From an uncultured Chloroflexia bacterium (GTDB lineage Bacteria; Chloroflexota; Anaerolineae; CG2-30-64-16), in assembly GCA_963774265.1 (NCBI GenBank), contig CAVZDU010000001.1, positions 896,001 to 960,000 of the forward strand: 64,000 nucleotides of DNA. The letters run 5' to 3'. The position numbers and the translations under genes are program-made. Under the pieces are notes generated by a model. The model made no database searches and was not told the origin of the DNA. It saw nothing but the letters and a program-made list of their open reading frames with translations. Shown here one piece after another: positions 52,223 through 63,437 of the stretch; position 1 is the first letter of the stretch, and each line of letters begins with the position of its first letter.

Positions 52223-52394
52223 ATGGCTACTGCAAAGAAAGCAAATCGGACTGGTCGTGACGCTGGCCTGCACCGAGTGCAAGGAGCGCACCTACACGAC
52301 CGAGAAGAATCGCAAGAACACCCAGGGCCGCCTGGAACTGAAGAAGTACTGCCCACGTTGCCACAAGCACATGAAGCATCGCGAGACGAAGTAA
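52223..52394 (+). CDS. rpmG: 50S ribosomal protein L33, Zn-binding form (frameshift)
   Basis: [26 protein letters not shown]. Confidence 0.9.
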
Positions 52395-52450
52395 GACGAT
52401 GACGATAGACGACGGACGCTGGTCATCGTCGTCATCGTCCTCGTCTGCAT

Positions 52451-52523
52451 AGGCGTGTAGCTCAATTGGCAGAGCACCGCTCTCCAAAAGCGGGGGTTGC
52501 GGGTTCAAGTCCTGCCACGCCTG
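52451..52523 (+). tRNA. tRNA-Trp(CCA)
   Basis: CCGCT-CTCCAAA-AGCGG anticodon arm; located between rpmG and secE. Confidence 0.92.
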
Positions 52524-52676
52524 TCTCGAATAGCGGTTGTTCTACGACAAGACACCGTCTCGGCACGGCTCTCTGCTGAATGGCGGTTGAGTCAGACAGC
52601 CGACTGGGTACGGTGTCTTGAATCGTAAACGACCTGTGACATGCCGTCGGAAGCTACGGCATCGCGGAGGGATCGC

Positions 52677-52899
52677 GTGAGCAAAGAAACTGACGCAGGC
52701 AAAGCCGAAGATAATCGACAGGCTCAAGTGCGTACTTCAAGGACACGCGCGGTGAACTCCGCAAGGTGACTTGGCCGACGCGCAAGCAGGCGACCAACCT
52801 GACTCTGATCGTGCTGGCCGTGACCGTCGCGATGGCGATCTTTCTGGGTGCGGTCGACTTTGTTGTTCGCTGCAGCTGATCCGGCTGATCGTTAGCTGA
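52677..52899 (+). CDS. secE: Preprotein translocase SecE (frameshifted)
   Basis: YFKDTRGELRKVTWPTR followed by a TM segment. Confidence 0.85.
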
Positions 52900-52945
52900 A
52901 GAGCTGCAGGCACGGCATTTGACGGCAACGTGGATGGCGGTGAGC

Positions 52946-53637
52946 ATGGACGACTGGCAAGACATCGAGCCTGCAAGACGACCTGGATACCTCAGACCGT
53001 GCCAGGACGACGGTTCGGCGTCGCCGGCGGTGGTCCTGCGGCCGTGGAGCCGAGCGGCAGCGGAGCCGTCGAAGATCAGACGCCAGAGGACGAGCCGATG
53101 GCCGATGAGGCCAAGCCGCAGTGGTACGTCGTCCACTGCTACTCGGGTTACGAGAACAAGGTCAAGAAGAACCTGGAACATCGCACCGAGTCCATGGGGA
53201 TGACAGACTCACATCCTCGAGGTGATCGTGCCCACCGAGGAACAGGTCGAGCTGCGCGATGGTCAACGTCGCGTCGTCGAGCGCCGCATCTATCCCGGCT
53301 ATGTGCTGGTCCAGATGATCCTGGACGAAGAATCCTGGTATGTGGTGCGCAATACGCCCGGCGTGACTGGCTTCGTGGGCATCGGCAACAAGCCGACGCC
53401 GCTGCGCCAGGAAGAAGTCGACCGGATCATGCGGCGCATGGAGGCCGAGGAGCCGGTGGCCGCAGGTCAAGGTCAAGGCCGGCGACAAGGTGCGCATCGT
53501 CGAAGGCTCCTTCGTCGACTTTCAACGGCACTGTCGACGAAGTCTATCCCGACAAAGGCAAGGCCCGGGTGCTGGTTTCTTTCTTCAACCGGGAGACGCC
53601 GATCGAGGTCGATCTGCTGCAGATCGAGCGGCTGTAG
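52946..53637 (+). CDS. nusG: Transcription factor NusG (frameshifted; start uncertain)
   Basis: WYVVHCYSGYENKV, YPGYVLV, RNTPGVTGF, FNRETP. Confidence 0.9.
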
Positions 53638-53695
53638 ACCGCAAGTATTTTCGATAACGCTTGAATCAGTCTAGTTGGCATAGGAGTAATTGTTC

Positions 53696-54122
53696 ATGGC
53701 GAAGAAAGTCAAGGCAATCGTCAAGTTGCAGATCATGGCCGGCAAGGCGAATCCGGCGCCGCCGGTTGGCCCGGCCTTGGGCCAGCACGGCGTCAACATC
53801 ATGGCCTTCTGCAAGGAGTACAATGCCCGGACGGCGACTCAGGCCGGCACGGTGATTCCGGTCGAGATCACCATCTTCACCGACCAGTCTTTCACGTTCG
53901 TGACCAAGACGCCGCCGGCCGCCGACCTGATCAAGCAGGCCGCCGGCGTGCAGAAGGGCTCAGCCAAGCCGAATCAGGACAAGGTCGGCAAGCTCACCCG
54001 CAAGCAGGTGCGCGAGATCGCCGAGCTCAAGCTGAAGGATCTGAACGCGTACGACGTCGACAATGGCGATGCGGATGATCGAAGGCTCCGCCCGCAGCAT
54101 GGGCATCACCGTCGTCGACTGA
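53696..54122 (+). CDS. rplK: 50S ribosomal protein L11 (frameshift near 3' end)
   Basis: [25 protein letters not shown]. Confidence 0.95.
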
Positions 54123-54222
54123 ACGCTACGCGCGTGCCCGCATGGGAGGGCGCTGGCGCTGACAGGCCGCGTGCCCGCTATCACCACGCCCGGCCACAGT
54201 GTCGGGTAGAGGAGAGCATAAG

Positions 54223-54945
54223 ATGGCAAAGCACGGTAAGAAGTACATCGGACGCCGCCAAGCTGGTCGACCGCGATGAAGTACTACGCGCCGGCCGAGG
54301 CGGTGGATCTGCTCAAGAAGGTCTCCTACTCCGAAGTTCGACGGCACCATCGAGGTGCATGTTCGCCTGGGCGTTGATCCCCGCCACGCCGACCAGCAGG
54401 TGCGCAGCACGGTGCTGCTGCCGGCCGGTCTGGGCAAGCCGGTGCGCATCCTGGTCTTCGCCGAAGGCGATGGCGCGCGGCTGGCCGAGCAGGCCGGCGC
54501 CGATTACGTCGGCCTGGATGACATGATCGCCAAGATCCAGGGCGGCTGGCTCGAGTTCGACATGGCCATCGCCACGCCGCAGGTCATGGGCAAGGTCGGC
54601 CGCCTGGGCCGTATCCTGGGCACCCGCGGCCTGATGCCGAACCCGAAGGCCGGCACCATCGTGCAGCCCGACGACCTGCCGCGTGCGATCAAGGAGGCGC
54701 GCCAGGGCCGTGTCGAGTTCAAGGTCGACAAGACCGGCAACCTGCACGTGCCCATCGGCAAGATGAGCTTCACGCCCGAGCAGATGCTGGACAACCTGAC
54801 TGCGCTGATGGACGCGGTGAACCGGGCCAAGCCCACCGGCGCCAAGGGCATCTACATCCGGCGGGTGACTTTGACATCGACCATGGCGCCCGGCATCCGT
54901 CTGGATACGCTGCAGGCATCGGCCTTGAAGTCGACTGCGGCCTGA
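54223..54945 (+). CDS. rplA: 50S ribosomal protein L1 (frameshifts in 5' part)
   Basis: [29 protein letters not shown]. Confidence 0.95.
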
Positions 54946-54976
54946 GTTCGATCGCTTCACAACCGAATACGCTCAA

Positions 54977-55108
54977 CCGCTGAAGACAGCAGGTGTCCGA
55001 ATCAGACCTAATCCACGGATGTGGACCTGCCGAGGCGAGGTTAGCGAAGCTTCTGAATGTGTTTTCAAGCCTCTGCGCCTGTCTGTCCTCGGCACAGAGG
55101 CTTTTTTG
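54977..55108 (+). promoter_or_regulatory. Ribosomal protein L10 leader with attenuator-like hairpin
   Basis: GAAGACAGCAGG..TAA..CCTGCCGAGG core upstream of rplJ; GCCTCTG/CAGAGGC-TTTTTT. Confidence 0.75.
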
Positions 55109-55139
55109 TTTCGGCATCTGAGGAAGGGAGGTACGTCGC

Positions 55140-55674
55140 TTGGCTATCACACGTGAGAAGAAAGAGACGCTCGTTAACGAGTATGTCGAGAAGCTGCGGC
55201 GCAGCCAGGCGGTGATCGTCACCGAGTATCGTGGGCTGACCGCGAAGCAGCTCGAGGCGTTGCGCCGCGAGCTGCGGAACGCTCAGAGTGAGCTGACGGT
55301 ATCGAAGAACACGCTGATGGCCCGGGCGCTCACGGAGGTCGGCTTGCCGGCGCCCGAGATCGCTGCTGACCGGTCCGACCGCCGTCACTTTCTGCTACGA
55401 CGAGGTGGCTGCTCCGGCCAAGGTGCTGACCAAGTGCGCCAAGGACAGCAAGATCCTGGTCCTGCGCGGCGGCATGATCGGCCAGTCGGTCTTCGATGAA
55501 GCGGGCGTGCAGGCCCTGACCGAGCTGCCCAGCAAGGATCAGCTGCGTGGCCAGGTCGTCGGCACGCTGCAGGCGCCGATCAGCGGGTTGGTCAACGTGT
55601 TGGCCGGCACACTGCGCGGCTTCATGAACGTGCTCAATGCCCGGGTCGGGCAGTTGGAGCAGCAGTCCGCGTAA
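55140..55674 (+). CDS. rplJ: 50S ribosomal protein L10 (TTG start; frameshift)
   Basis: EYRGLT, KNTL, LPSKDQL..GTLQAP. Confidence 0.92.
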
Positions 55675-55748
55675 GGCGGCTTGGTTCGAGCGGGCGATCC
55701 GCTCAAAAATACGAATCAGAACTTACTTACCCTTCAGGAGGAAATACC

Positions 55749-56136
55749 ATGACTCAGGATGAGTTGATTGCCGCAATCGAGAAGATGAGCGTGCTCGAGC
55801 TGTCCCAGCTCGTCAAGGCCCTGGAAACGAAGTTCGGCGTCAGCGCGGCTGCGCCGATGATGATGGGCGCGCATGCCCATGGGTGGCGCTGCCCCGGCGG
55901 CCGAGGTCGCCCCGGTGGAAGAGCAGACCGAGTTCGACGTGATCCTGAAGAGCTTCGGCGAGAAGAAGATCAACGTCATCAAGGTCGTCCGCGCGCTGAC
56001 CAACCTGGGCCTGAAGGAAGCCAAGGACCTGGTCGAGAGCGCTCCCGCGCCTGTGCTGACCGCCGTCTCCAAGGACGCCGCTGCCGACGCCAAGGCCAAG
56101 CTCGAGGCCGAAGGCGCCAAGGTCGAGGTCAAGTAA
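55749..56136 (+). CDS. rplL: 50S ribosomal protein L7/L12 (frameshift)
   Basis: [15 protein letters not shown]; EEQTEFDV; [11 protein letters not shown]. Confidence 0.95.
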
Positions 56137-56163
56137 TTTCTCGCCCCAAGAAATCTGGGCAAT

Positions 56164-56210
56164 CAGCATGCCCCGACGTCCACCCTCGCGGATGTCGGGG
56201 CTGCTTTTTT
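56164..56210 (+). terminator. Rho-independent terminator after rplL
   Basis: GCCCCGACGTCC/GGATGTCGGGGC stem followed by TTTTTT. Confidence 0.75.
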
Positions 56211-56315
56211 CTCAAAGCTTGTCAAATAATCCTCGCTCTGCTACAATTAAGCTGAAAAGAGTGTAAGCCAGGCACTCTGCAACGTTTCCTCCAGGTGAAA
56301 CGTCAAGAGAAGGTT

Positions 56316-58226
56316 ATGACACAAGCACCGATTCACCACACGCAGCGTGCGAGTCGCCCGTCCCGGTTTGGTTTTCTGTTCTTTTTGGTCATCATCCTCG
56401 GCCTGTTCCTCCTGGCCGGGGTGAGCCTCATTGCCTGGCACCAGTGGCGCTACAATGACAAGATCTATCCGGGAATCAGCGTTGCCGGCATGCCGGTGGG
56501 CGGCTTGACCGTGGAGGAAGCCACCTCCGCGATTGACGACGCGTTGACGCCTTATCCCGGCCCGGACATCACGGTCCGTTTCGGTGACCGGAGTTGGGTG
56601 CTGTCATCGGAGTCCCTGGGTGTCTCCGTTGATGCCAGCGCCACCGCAGCGCTGGCCTTCAGGATCGGCCGGGAAGGCTTGGCGGCGACTGCCAGTGGCT
56701 CGGTCACTGACCTGCTGGCAGGCCTCAAGGAAGACACGCTGGCGCAATGGGAGGCCTTCTGGAACGGGGAGGCGCTACAGCCGGTCTTGCAGCGCGATGA
56801 GGAGCTCCTGGATATCACCTTGCAGCGTATTGCCGGGGAAGTGAACCTTACTCCAGCGGAAGGTGTCCTATCCATCGTTGGGTTGGAGGTCAGCGGCACA
56901 CCAGGCAGCGTCGGGCGATCGGTCGATGTGGCGGCGACACACAGCGCGCTGGTGACGGCGGTGCGTCGCGGGTTGGGTGGCAGCATCGACCTGGTGGTCC
57001 AGGAACATCGGCCGTCGGTCATGGCCGTTGATGTCGCGGTCACGAAGGCGAAGGCGGTGCTTGGGCGCTCGTTCATCATCGTCGCAGAAACGGTCGATGG
57101 GCTGCAGCGTTTTTCCGCCGATGCGGCGATGGTCCGCCAGTGGCTGACGCTCGCCCCCGTCTCGACGCCTGACGGTTCGGTGGATTTGGACGTGAAGCTG
57201 GACCACGAACAGGTGCAAGACTTCGTCGCTGGCATGGCGAAGCAACTGGATCGCACCCCGTATAACGCCACGCTGGATTGGGATTCGACCGCCGGCAAGG
57301 TGATCGTGCTGGAGGCCAGCCAGGTCGGGCAGAAGGTCGATGTCGAAGCGGGGGTTGCAGCGATAGAGGCGGCACTCGCCGCGCCCGTGTCCGTCGATAC
57401 CAAGGGATCACCTGCTCCGCAAGAGATCAACTTGCCCATAACGACTGTGTCCCCGACAATCGACAGCAACCGGGTGGCCGAGATGGGCATCGTTGAGCTG
57501 GTCAGCGAGGGGACGAGCTCGTTCAAAGGCTCGCCAGCTGAACGGGTGCACAATATCGCCAATGCGGCCGACAAGTTCCAGCACGTGGTCGTGCCGCCCG
57601 ACGAGCAGTTCTCGTTCAACCAAAACGTGGGCGACGTGACTGCGGCGAATGGCTTCGAGGATGCGCTGGTGATCGCGGGCGACCGCACTGCGGTGGGCAT
57701 CGGCGGTGGTGTGTGCCAGGTGTCGACCACTGCGTTTCGCGCGGCTTTCTGGGGAGGTTTCCCGATCACCGAGCGCTGGGCGCATGGCTACGTCGTGAGC
57801 TGGTACGGTCAGCCGGGAATGGACGCGAGTATTTACACGCCCAACGTCGATTTTCGGTTCAGGAATGATACGGGGCACTTCATCTTGATCAAGGCCGCGG
57901 TCAACAAAACAAAGGGGACGATCACCTTTTCCATTTACGGTACGAAGCCGGACCGGACCGTGGAAATGACCGGCCCGGTGGTGAGCAATGTTAAGGCGCC
58001 GCCGTCCCCGCTGTACCAGGAAGATCCAACCCTGAAGACGGGACAGATCAAGCAGATTGACTGGGCGAAAGAGGGGATGGACGCGGTGGTCACCCGCATC
58101 ATCCACTACGGTGACGGTAAGGTGCGCGAGGAGAAGATCGTCAGCAAGTACCGGCCGTGGCAGGCCGTGTATCTGTATGGACCGGGGACCTCCGTGCCGG
58201 GGCGGGCCGGCGACGCCAATCCATAG
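56316..58226 (+). CDS. VanW-family protein with peptidoglycan-binding repeats and G5-like C-terminus
   Basis: N-terminal TM; FSFNQNVG, GGGVCQVSTT, ERWAH, DFRFRNDT. Confidence 0.88.
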   Translation: MTQAPIHHTQRASRPSRFGFLFFLVIILGLFLLAGVSLIAWHQWRYNDKIYPGISVAGMPVGGLTVEEATSAIDDALTPYPGPDITVRFGDRSWVLSSESLGVSVDASATAALAFRIGREGLAATASGSVTDLLAGLKEDTLAQWEAFWNGEALQPVLQRDEELLDITLQRIAGEVNLTPAEGVLSIVGLEVSGTPGSVGRSVDVAATHSALVTAVRRGLGGSIDLVVQEHRPSVMAVDVAVTKAKAVLGRSFIIVAETVDGLQRFSADAAMVRQWLTLAPVSTPDGSVDLDVKLDHEQVQDFVAGMAKQLDRTPYNATLDWDSTAGKVIVLEASQVGQKVDVEAGVAAIEAALAAPVSVDTKGSPAPQEINLPITTVSPTIDSNRVAEMGIVELVSEGTSSFKGSPAERVHNIANAADKFQHVVVPPDEQFSFNQNVGDVTAANGFEDALVIAGDRTAVGIGGGVCQVSTTAFRAAFWGGFPITERWAHGYVVSWYGQPGMDASIYTPNVDFRFRNDTGHFILIKAAVNKTKGTITFSIYGTKPDRTVEMTGPVVSNVKAPPSPLYQEDPTLKTGQIKQIDWAKEGMDAVVTRIIHYGDGKVREEKIVSKYRPWQAVYLYGPGTSVPGRAGDANP

Positions 58227-58232
58227 CGCAGT

Positions 58233-58601
58233 TCAGTATGCGCCAATCTCATGGAGCCGGTCGTCATCGATCCCGAAATAGTGAGCCAGCTCGTGCAGGA
58301 CCACCCGGTGCACCAACTGGCGGAGTTCTTGGGGCGTGCTGCACTGCGCCTCGATCGGTTTTTGATAGATGCTGATCTTGTCCGGTGACACCAGGCTGTA
58401 GTTCGTCGTACGCTCTGTCAGGGGCACGCCGTGATAGAAACCCAGTAAGTTGAACCTGGAGCGCACGCGAGCCATTCGCATGGTGTTCCACGATGGCCAT
58501 TGTTCGATTACAATCTCGACATTGTCGAGCGCCTCGTGGAACATTTCAGGCATCGATTCCAGCGCTTCGAGCACGAGTGCTTCAAATTGATCGCTATCCA
58601 T
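58233..58601 (-). CDS. Zincin-like metallopeptidase (DUF1025-like)
   Basis: LLGFYHGVPLTER, PDKISIY, HELAHYFG. Confidence 0.88.
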   Translation of the reverse strand: MDSDQFEALVLEALESMPEMFHEALDNVEIVIEQWPSWNTMRMARVRSRFNLLGFYHGVPLTERTTNYSLVSPDKISIYQKPIEAQCSTPQELRQLVHRVVLHELAHYFGIDDDRLHEIGAY

Positions 58602-58621
58602 GTTGAGGTAACCCTTCCCAC

Positions 58622-59530
58622 ATGACGTTAACTGATTATCGCGATCGCGCGAGCGTGATGATTTGGGCCGTCCTGATGGGCTTGGCCGCGCAGCATTTTC
58701 TTTTCTTGCCTGAACGTTCCTTCACAACCGAGGTGTTTGGCTCTCCCATCACATTGACGATCACGGCCAACACGATCCTTGCCGCCCTGCTGGCTGGACT
58801 GGTGGCCACCGGCATCGAAGCGATCGTGCGCTCCCATCCGAAGAGCGAGAGCGAGCTGGCCACCGATCGACGCCAGGAATCACTCGCCAGCAGCGCCACC
58901 CCAGGCCCCGCATCGATCCTGACCGCACAGGAACGGGCGGAGCTGGTGATGCGCAGCCACTGGGTGTATTGGGGCACCCCGATCGCCCTGATTCTGGTGG
59001 CGGTTTTTCTGTTGCCCGTGGCGCCGTCGTCCGTTTACTGGGTGTTGGGCCTCATCGGTACGGGGATCGCTTTAGGCCTGGCAGTGGCCGGCATATACTA
59101 CACGATTGACCCGTTCCAGACCGGATACCGGCGCGCGCGCCTGGGCATGAATGCTCTCACCTATGCGCTGGCGCTCGTGCTCTTTCTTGTCGTTTATCGA
59201 ACCCGTGTGCGCAGCATTGTCTCTGCGACCGAAGTGTTGCTCGTCAGCAGCCTGCTGGCGCTTGAACTTCTGCGAGGCAGCGCGCGACCCACCGTGATGG
59301 TGGCCATCTACGCGGCCATCACCGGGCTCGTGCTGGGTCAAGCCACCTGGGCGCTCAACTACTGGCGGCTGGACAGCCTGACCGGCGGTCTCGTCCTGCT
59401 CGTCCTCTTCTACGACGTCGTTGGCCTCTCGCAGCACGCGCTGCAAGGAAGGATCAGGCGGCGCATCGTCCTGGAGTACGCGCTCATTACGATCACTGCA
59501 ATTGCGTTCATCTGGGAATTCGCCCCCTGA
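58622..59530 (+). CDS. Multi-pass membrane protein (DUF5656-like)
   Basis: Many TM segments; WALNYW motif. Confidence 0.65.
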   Translation: MTLTDYRDRASVMIWAVLMGLAAQHFLFLPERSFTTEVFGSPITLTITANTILAALLAGLVATGIEAIVRSHPKSESELATDRRQESLASSATPGPASILTAQERAELVMRSHWVYWGTPIALILVAVFLLPVAPSSVYWVLGLIGTGIALGLAVAGIYYTIDPFQTGYRRARLGMNALTYALALVLFLVVYRTRVRSIVSATEVLLVSSLLALELLRGSARPTVMVAIYAAITGLVLGQATWALNYWRLDSLTGGLVLLVLFYDVVGLSQHALQGRIRRRIVLEYALITITAIAFIWEFAP

Positions 59531-59595
59531 CAATGCAAAGGCGGCAAGCCGCTCATGCCTGCCGCCTTAAATGATCACTCCGTCCGCTCCAGGGC

Positions 59596-60240
59596 CTAAG
59601 TCTCACGTACGTCCAGAATCTCCAGGACCAGGGGTTTCACTGCCTTGAGCAGTTCTTCCTGGGAGATGTCTGCCACCTTCAAATGCGCGCCCCAGTTGCT
59701 TGGATCTTCCCCTTCGAAGACGTTGAAAGCCACGATCAGCCCACCGGCTTCCGCGATGGCGGTGCTGATCCGTGCCAGGGAACCCTTGAAATAGGGGGCC
59801 AGGACGCTCAGGCGAATGCCTTTGTGGAAGCCTCCCAGGACTTCCGTGAAGACCCGGAAGATGTCCGATTCAGTGATGATGCCAACCACAGCATCCCCGC
59901 GCATTACCGGCAGACCGCCGATCTTGTTATCCAGCATCAACTTCGCCGCTTCCTCCAACGGCGTATCTTCGGTCACCGTAAGGACCTTCTTTGTCATTAC
60001 ATCCTTGACCTTGACCTGGGAGAGCAGGTAGGATATTTCCCACACGTTCAGGGACGTCACGCCGGAGGGCCCTGCGCGCAACAGGTCATCCAGGCTGACG
60101 ATGCCGACAAGCTTGCCCGCAGGGTTGAGGACCGGATAGCGGCGCACCCGCTCGCGCTGCATCCGTTCGGTGGCTTCGGCTACGCTGCAATCCTGGAGAA
60201 CGGTCTTGGGATCATGGGACATTCGACGGCCGACTAGCAT
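59596..60240 (-). CDS. CBS-pair + ACT-like protein (AcuB family)
   Basis: Two CBS domains; PSGVTSLNVWE; GIITESDIF. Confidence 0.85.
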   Translation of the reverse strand: MLVGRRMSHDPKTVLQDCSVAEATERMQRERVRRYPVLNPAGKLVGIVSLDDLLRAGPSGVTSLNVWEISYLLSQVKVKDVMTKKVLTVTEDTPLEEAAKLMLDNKIGGLPVMRGDAVVGIITESDIFRVFTEVLGGFHKGIRLSVLAPYFKGSLARISTAIAEAGGLIVAFNVFEGEDPSNWGAHLKVADISQEELLKAVKPLVLEILDVRET

Positions 60241-60345
60241 GGCTGGACACCCTTTCATCGTGGATTGACAAGCTCGTAAGAATGAATTTTACTCTAGCAT
60301 GGCCTGTCCCCACTGTCAAAGCGACATCACTCGTTTCCATACGGA

Positions 60346-60361
60346 TGTGATTGAAATCACT
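60346..60361. promoter_or_regulatory. Second CRP-type site TGTGA-N6-TCACT between divergent sigma70 promoters
   Basis: TGTGA TTGAAA TCACT; flanked by TTGACA-17-TATACT (+, 60374-60402) and TTGACA-17-TAGAGT (-, 60319-60291). Confidence 0.6.
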
Positions 60362-60515
60362 AACAGAAAGCGCTTGACAAGCCGTATCCGGCACGATATA
60401 CTGAGAGTATATCTGCAGCTTATCTTACCATAGCCTCTTTAGAGTCAGCAACCGTTTAGTAAGCAGAGTCTCGTGCCAAAGCCCTTGCCCATATCAGCCC
60501 CTGAGGAGGGACATT

Positions 60516-61458
60516 GTGGTCACTCTGTACTTCGCCACAGACGTACACGGGTCAGACGTATGCTGGAAGAAATTCATCAACGCCGGCAAGTTCTATCAAG
60601 CCCAGGTGATTGTCCTGGGCGGGGACATGACTGGCAAGGCTATCGTGCCCATTATTCACCAGGGCGGCGACACCTACAAAGCCGTTTTGTTGCAGCAGGA
60701 GTCTATGCTGCATGGTGAGGCTGAAGTGGAGGACATGGCTCAGAAGATCACTAGCCGCGGCTACTACCCCTATCGCACTACCCCCGATGAAATCACCGAA
60801 CTGACCGGGTCGCCAGAAAGTGTCGATCGTATTTTCCGCCAAGAAGTCATGAAGCGAGCAGAGAGCTGGCTGGCATACGCCGAACAGAGGCTGGCGGGCT
60901 CCGGCATGGCCTGTTATGTCGCGCCCGGCAACGACGACATGTTTGAGCTGGACGAGCTCATTCGCGTCACGAAACATATCCGGCTGGCGGAAGGCGATGT
61001 GGTCCAGATCGACGATAACCATGAGATGATCAGCTCGGGATGGAGTAACATCACGCCGTGGCACACCTTCCGCGAAGAAGAAGAGCCGGATTTGCGGCGC
61101 CGCTATGATGCCATGCTGAAGAAATTGAAAGACCCGCGACGCAGCATTTTCAACCTGCACGTGCCACCCTATGGCTCCACCCTGGATGAAGCGCCCGAGT
61201 TAACCCCGGACATGAAGCCGAAGGACGCTGGGCGCTCGCTCATTCCGGTTGGCAGCCATGCGGTGCGCGACATCGTCAACGAGTACCAGCCGGTGCTGGG
61301 GCTATTCGGGCACGTTCACGAGGCCAAGGGCGCGATCCGGATGGGTCGGACTTTGTGCATCAACCCCGGCAGCATGTACGAGCAGGGCCGGCTGCTGGGA
61401 GCTGTGATCGTCCCTGGATCGCGACAAGGTCAAGAACTACATCCTGACGACCGGTTGA
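60516..61458 (+). CDS. Icc-related metallophosphoesterase (frameshift near 3' end)
   Basis: TDVHGS, GGD, PGNDD, HVPPY, GHVHE, INPGS. Confidence 0.85.
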
Positions 61459-61689
61459 TGTGCTCGAACATCTGCCGGGGAAGTAGTCTCATGCGCCGCC
61501 GGCAGGTCCGGCAGTGTGCTGAAGGGAGGTGGTTCGCCGCGAAGGGTTGACATTCTGACGGGAATCCTGCGAACAGGGTGACCGTCGCAGTCACAGATCG
61601 AGAGGATCTCTCGTTCTGTGCAGTCGTATCGTCGTTCGCCTCTTCTGGGGCAAGCTGCCTGGCATCCTTCGGACAAGGAGGTCCTCCAA

Positions 61690-63341
61690 ATGGCACAAGT
61701 CAAGTCTGCAGATTCCAGCCTGTTTCTGCGCAAAGCAACCGGGTCTGGTGCGATCATGGTCCGTCTTCGACGCCTTCGTCTACGCGTTCTTCTCGATCAA
61801 CCTGGTCACCCTGGGGCTCTACAGCTTCAGCCAGATGTACTACTTCGAGGGCGGGTTGCTGCCGACGCTGCTTCGTCAGCGCCGTGTTCATGATCTTCGA
61901 GATCATCGTCTACGCCAGCCTGATCTCAGTCATGCCGCGTGCCGGCGGCGACTACGTCTGGCAGAGCCGTATCCTGGGCGGCGGGATCGGCTTCGTGCTG
62001 GCCGTCACCGGCTGGTGGTTCATCCTGTGGCTGTGGGTGCCGCTCTACACCGATATGCTTCGCCAGCTTTTCTTCACTCCGCTGCTCGGCATCTTGGGCT
62101 GCGAGGGGCCGCCCTGTGGTTCTCTCAGACAACCGATCGCGGACTTCGTCACGGTGCTCATCATGTGTGCGCTGCGTCACCTTCTTCATCGCCATGGGCA
62201 TGAAGTGGTACTCGCGGTTCCAGAAGTTCTGCTTCTGGATCAGCATGGCGGGATTGCTGGTCGTGCTCGGCTTCCTGCTCTTCGGAAACAACGCAAGCTT
62301 CCAGAGCGGGCTCGAGCGAGAAGCGGTGGCGATGTTCGGTGCACAGCCGGGCGTGTACGAGGCGACTCTCAAGGCGGGCGAAGAAGCCGGCGCCATTGCG
62401 CCTCTGATGGGTGGCGGCATGGCTGCGATCTTCCTCGCCATGGGCTACATCACCTTCTTCAACCTGTGGCCCAACTGGGGCGCTACGCTCTACGGCGAAG
62501 TCCGCGGCGCGACCGACTTCAAGCGCAACTTCTGGGGCATGGCCTCGGCCCTGATCGCCACCACCGATCTTGGGGGCCGTCTTCTTTCTTGCTCATCGAG
62601 AAGACGATGACGTGGAAGTGGTTCATGGCGGCCAATGGCGCCTGGTGGAACTACGCTGGGGTTACACGGACGTAGTGCCGCCACTCCCGGTCTGGCCCTA
62701 TCCGGCGATGCTTGCCGGTTTCATGATGAACAGCCGCGTGCTCCAGTTCATCGTCGTGCTGGCGATGAGCGCGTGGTGGTTCGGCTGGTCCGGCACGGTG
62801 TTCCTCAGCTCAACCCGCGTCATCTTCGCAGCAGCCTTCGACCGCTTGCTGCCTGAGAAGGTGGCCGAGGTGGAACCGCGCACGCGCACGCCGATCTACG
62901 CGCTGATGCTGATGGTGATCCCTTCGATCGTCATCGGCGCGCTGTTTGCCTGGAACATATTCAACTTCCAAATCCTTGACCCTCTGCTCGACCCTGGTGA
63001 TCGCCGTGACGTACCTCGGCTCGACCGTCGCCGCGATCCTGCTGCCCTTCATCAAGCGCGACCTGTACGAGGCCTCGCCGATCGCCAAGTACAAGGTCTT
63101 CGGCATCCCGTTGATCAGCGTCGCCGGCGTGATCTTCGGCGCCTTCCTGTTCTTCCTGCTCTACCAGTGGCTCATCGACCCGAACGAACTCTACGGCATC
63201 GGCTACCGCAACACGAGCTCGATGATCTACATGGGCGCGATGTACCTGCTGGCCTTGGTGATCTACGTCGGCTTCAAGGCGTACCGGCGCCGCCAGGGCA
63301 TCGACATCAACAAGATCTACGACGAGATTCCGGTCGAGTAA
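61690..63341 (+). CDS. APC-family amino acid/amine permease (multiple frameshifts)
   Basis: LFLRKATG, MPRAGGDYVWQSR, RVIFAAAFDRLLP, C-terminal IYDEIPVE. Confidence 0.82.
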
Positions 63342-63437
63342 GATTGAAGATCGAAGCTTGAAGATTGAGGGTTCAAGAGTCTTTGGTGGAAACCCATTCG
63401 ACTCTCGAACCTTCAGTTACGAAGGGTCGGACGCCGC

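Noticed and set aside
61459-61689. Possible riboswitch before the APC permease
   Set aside because: I could not recognise any known aptamer consensus; an Infernal search would be needed.
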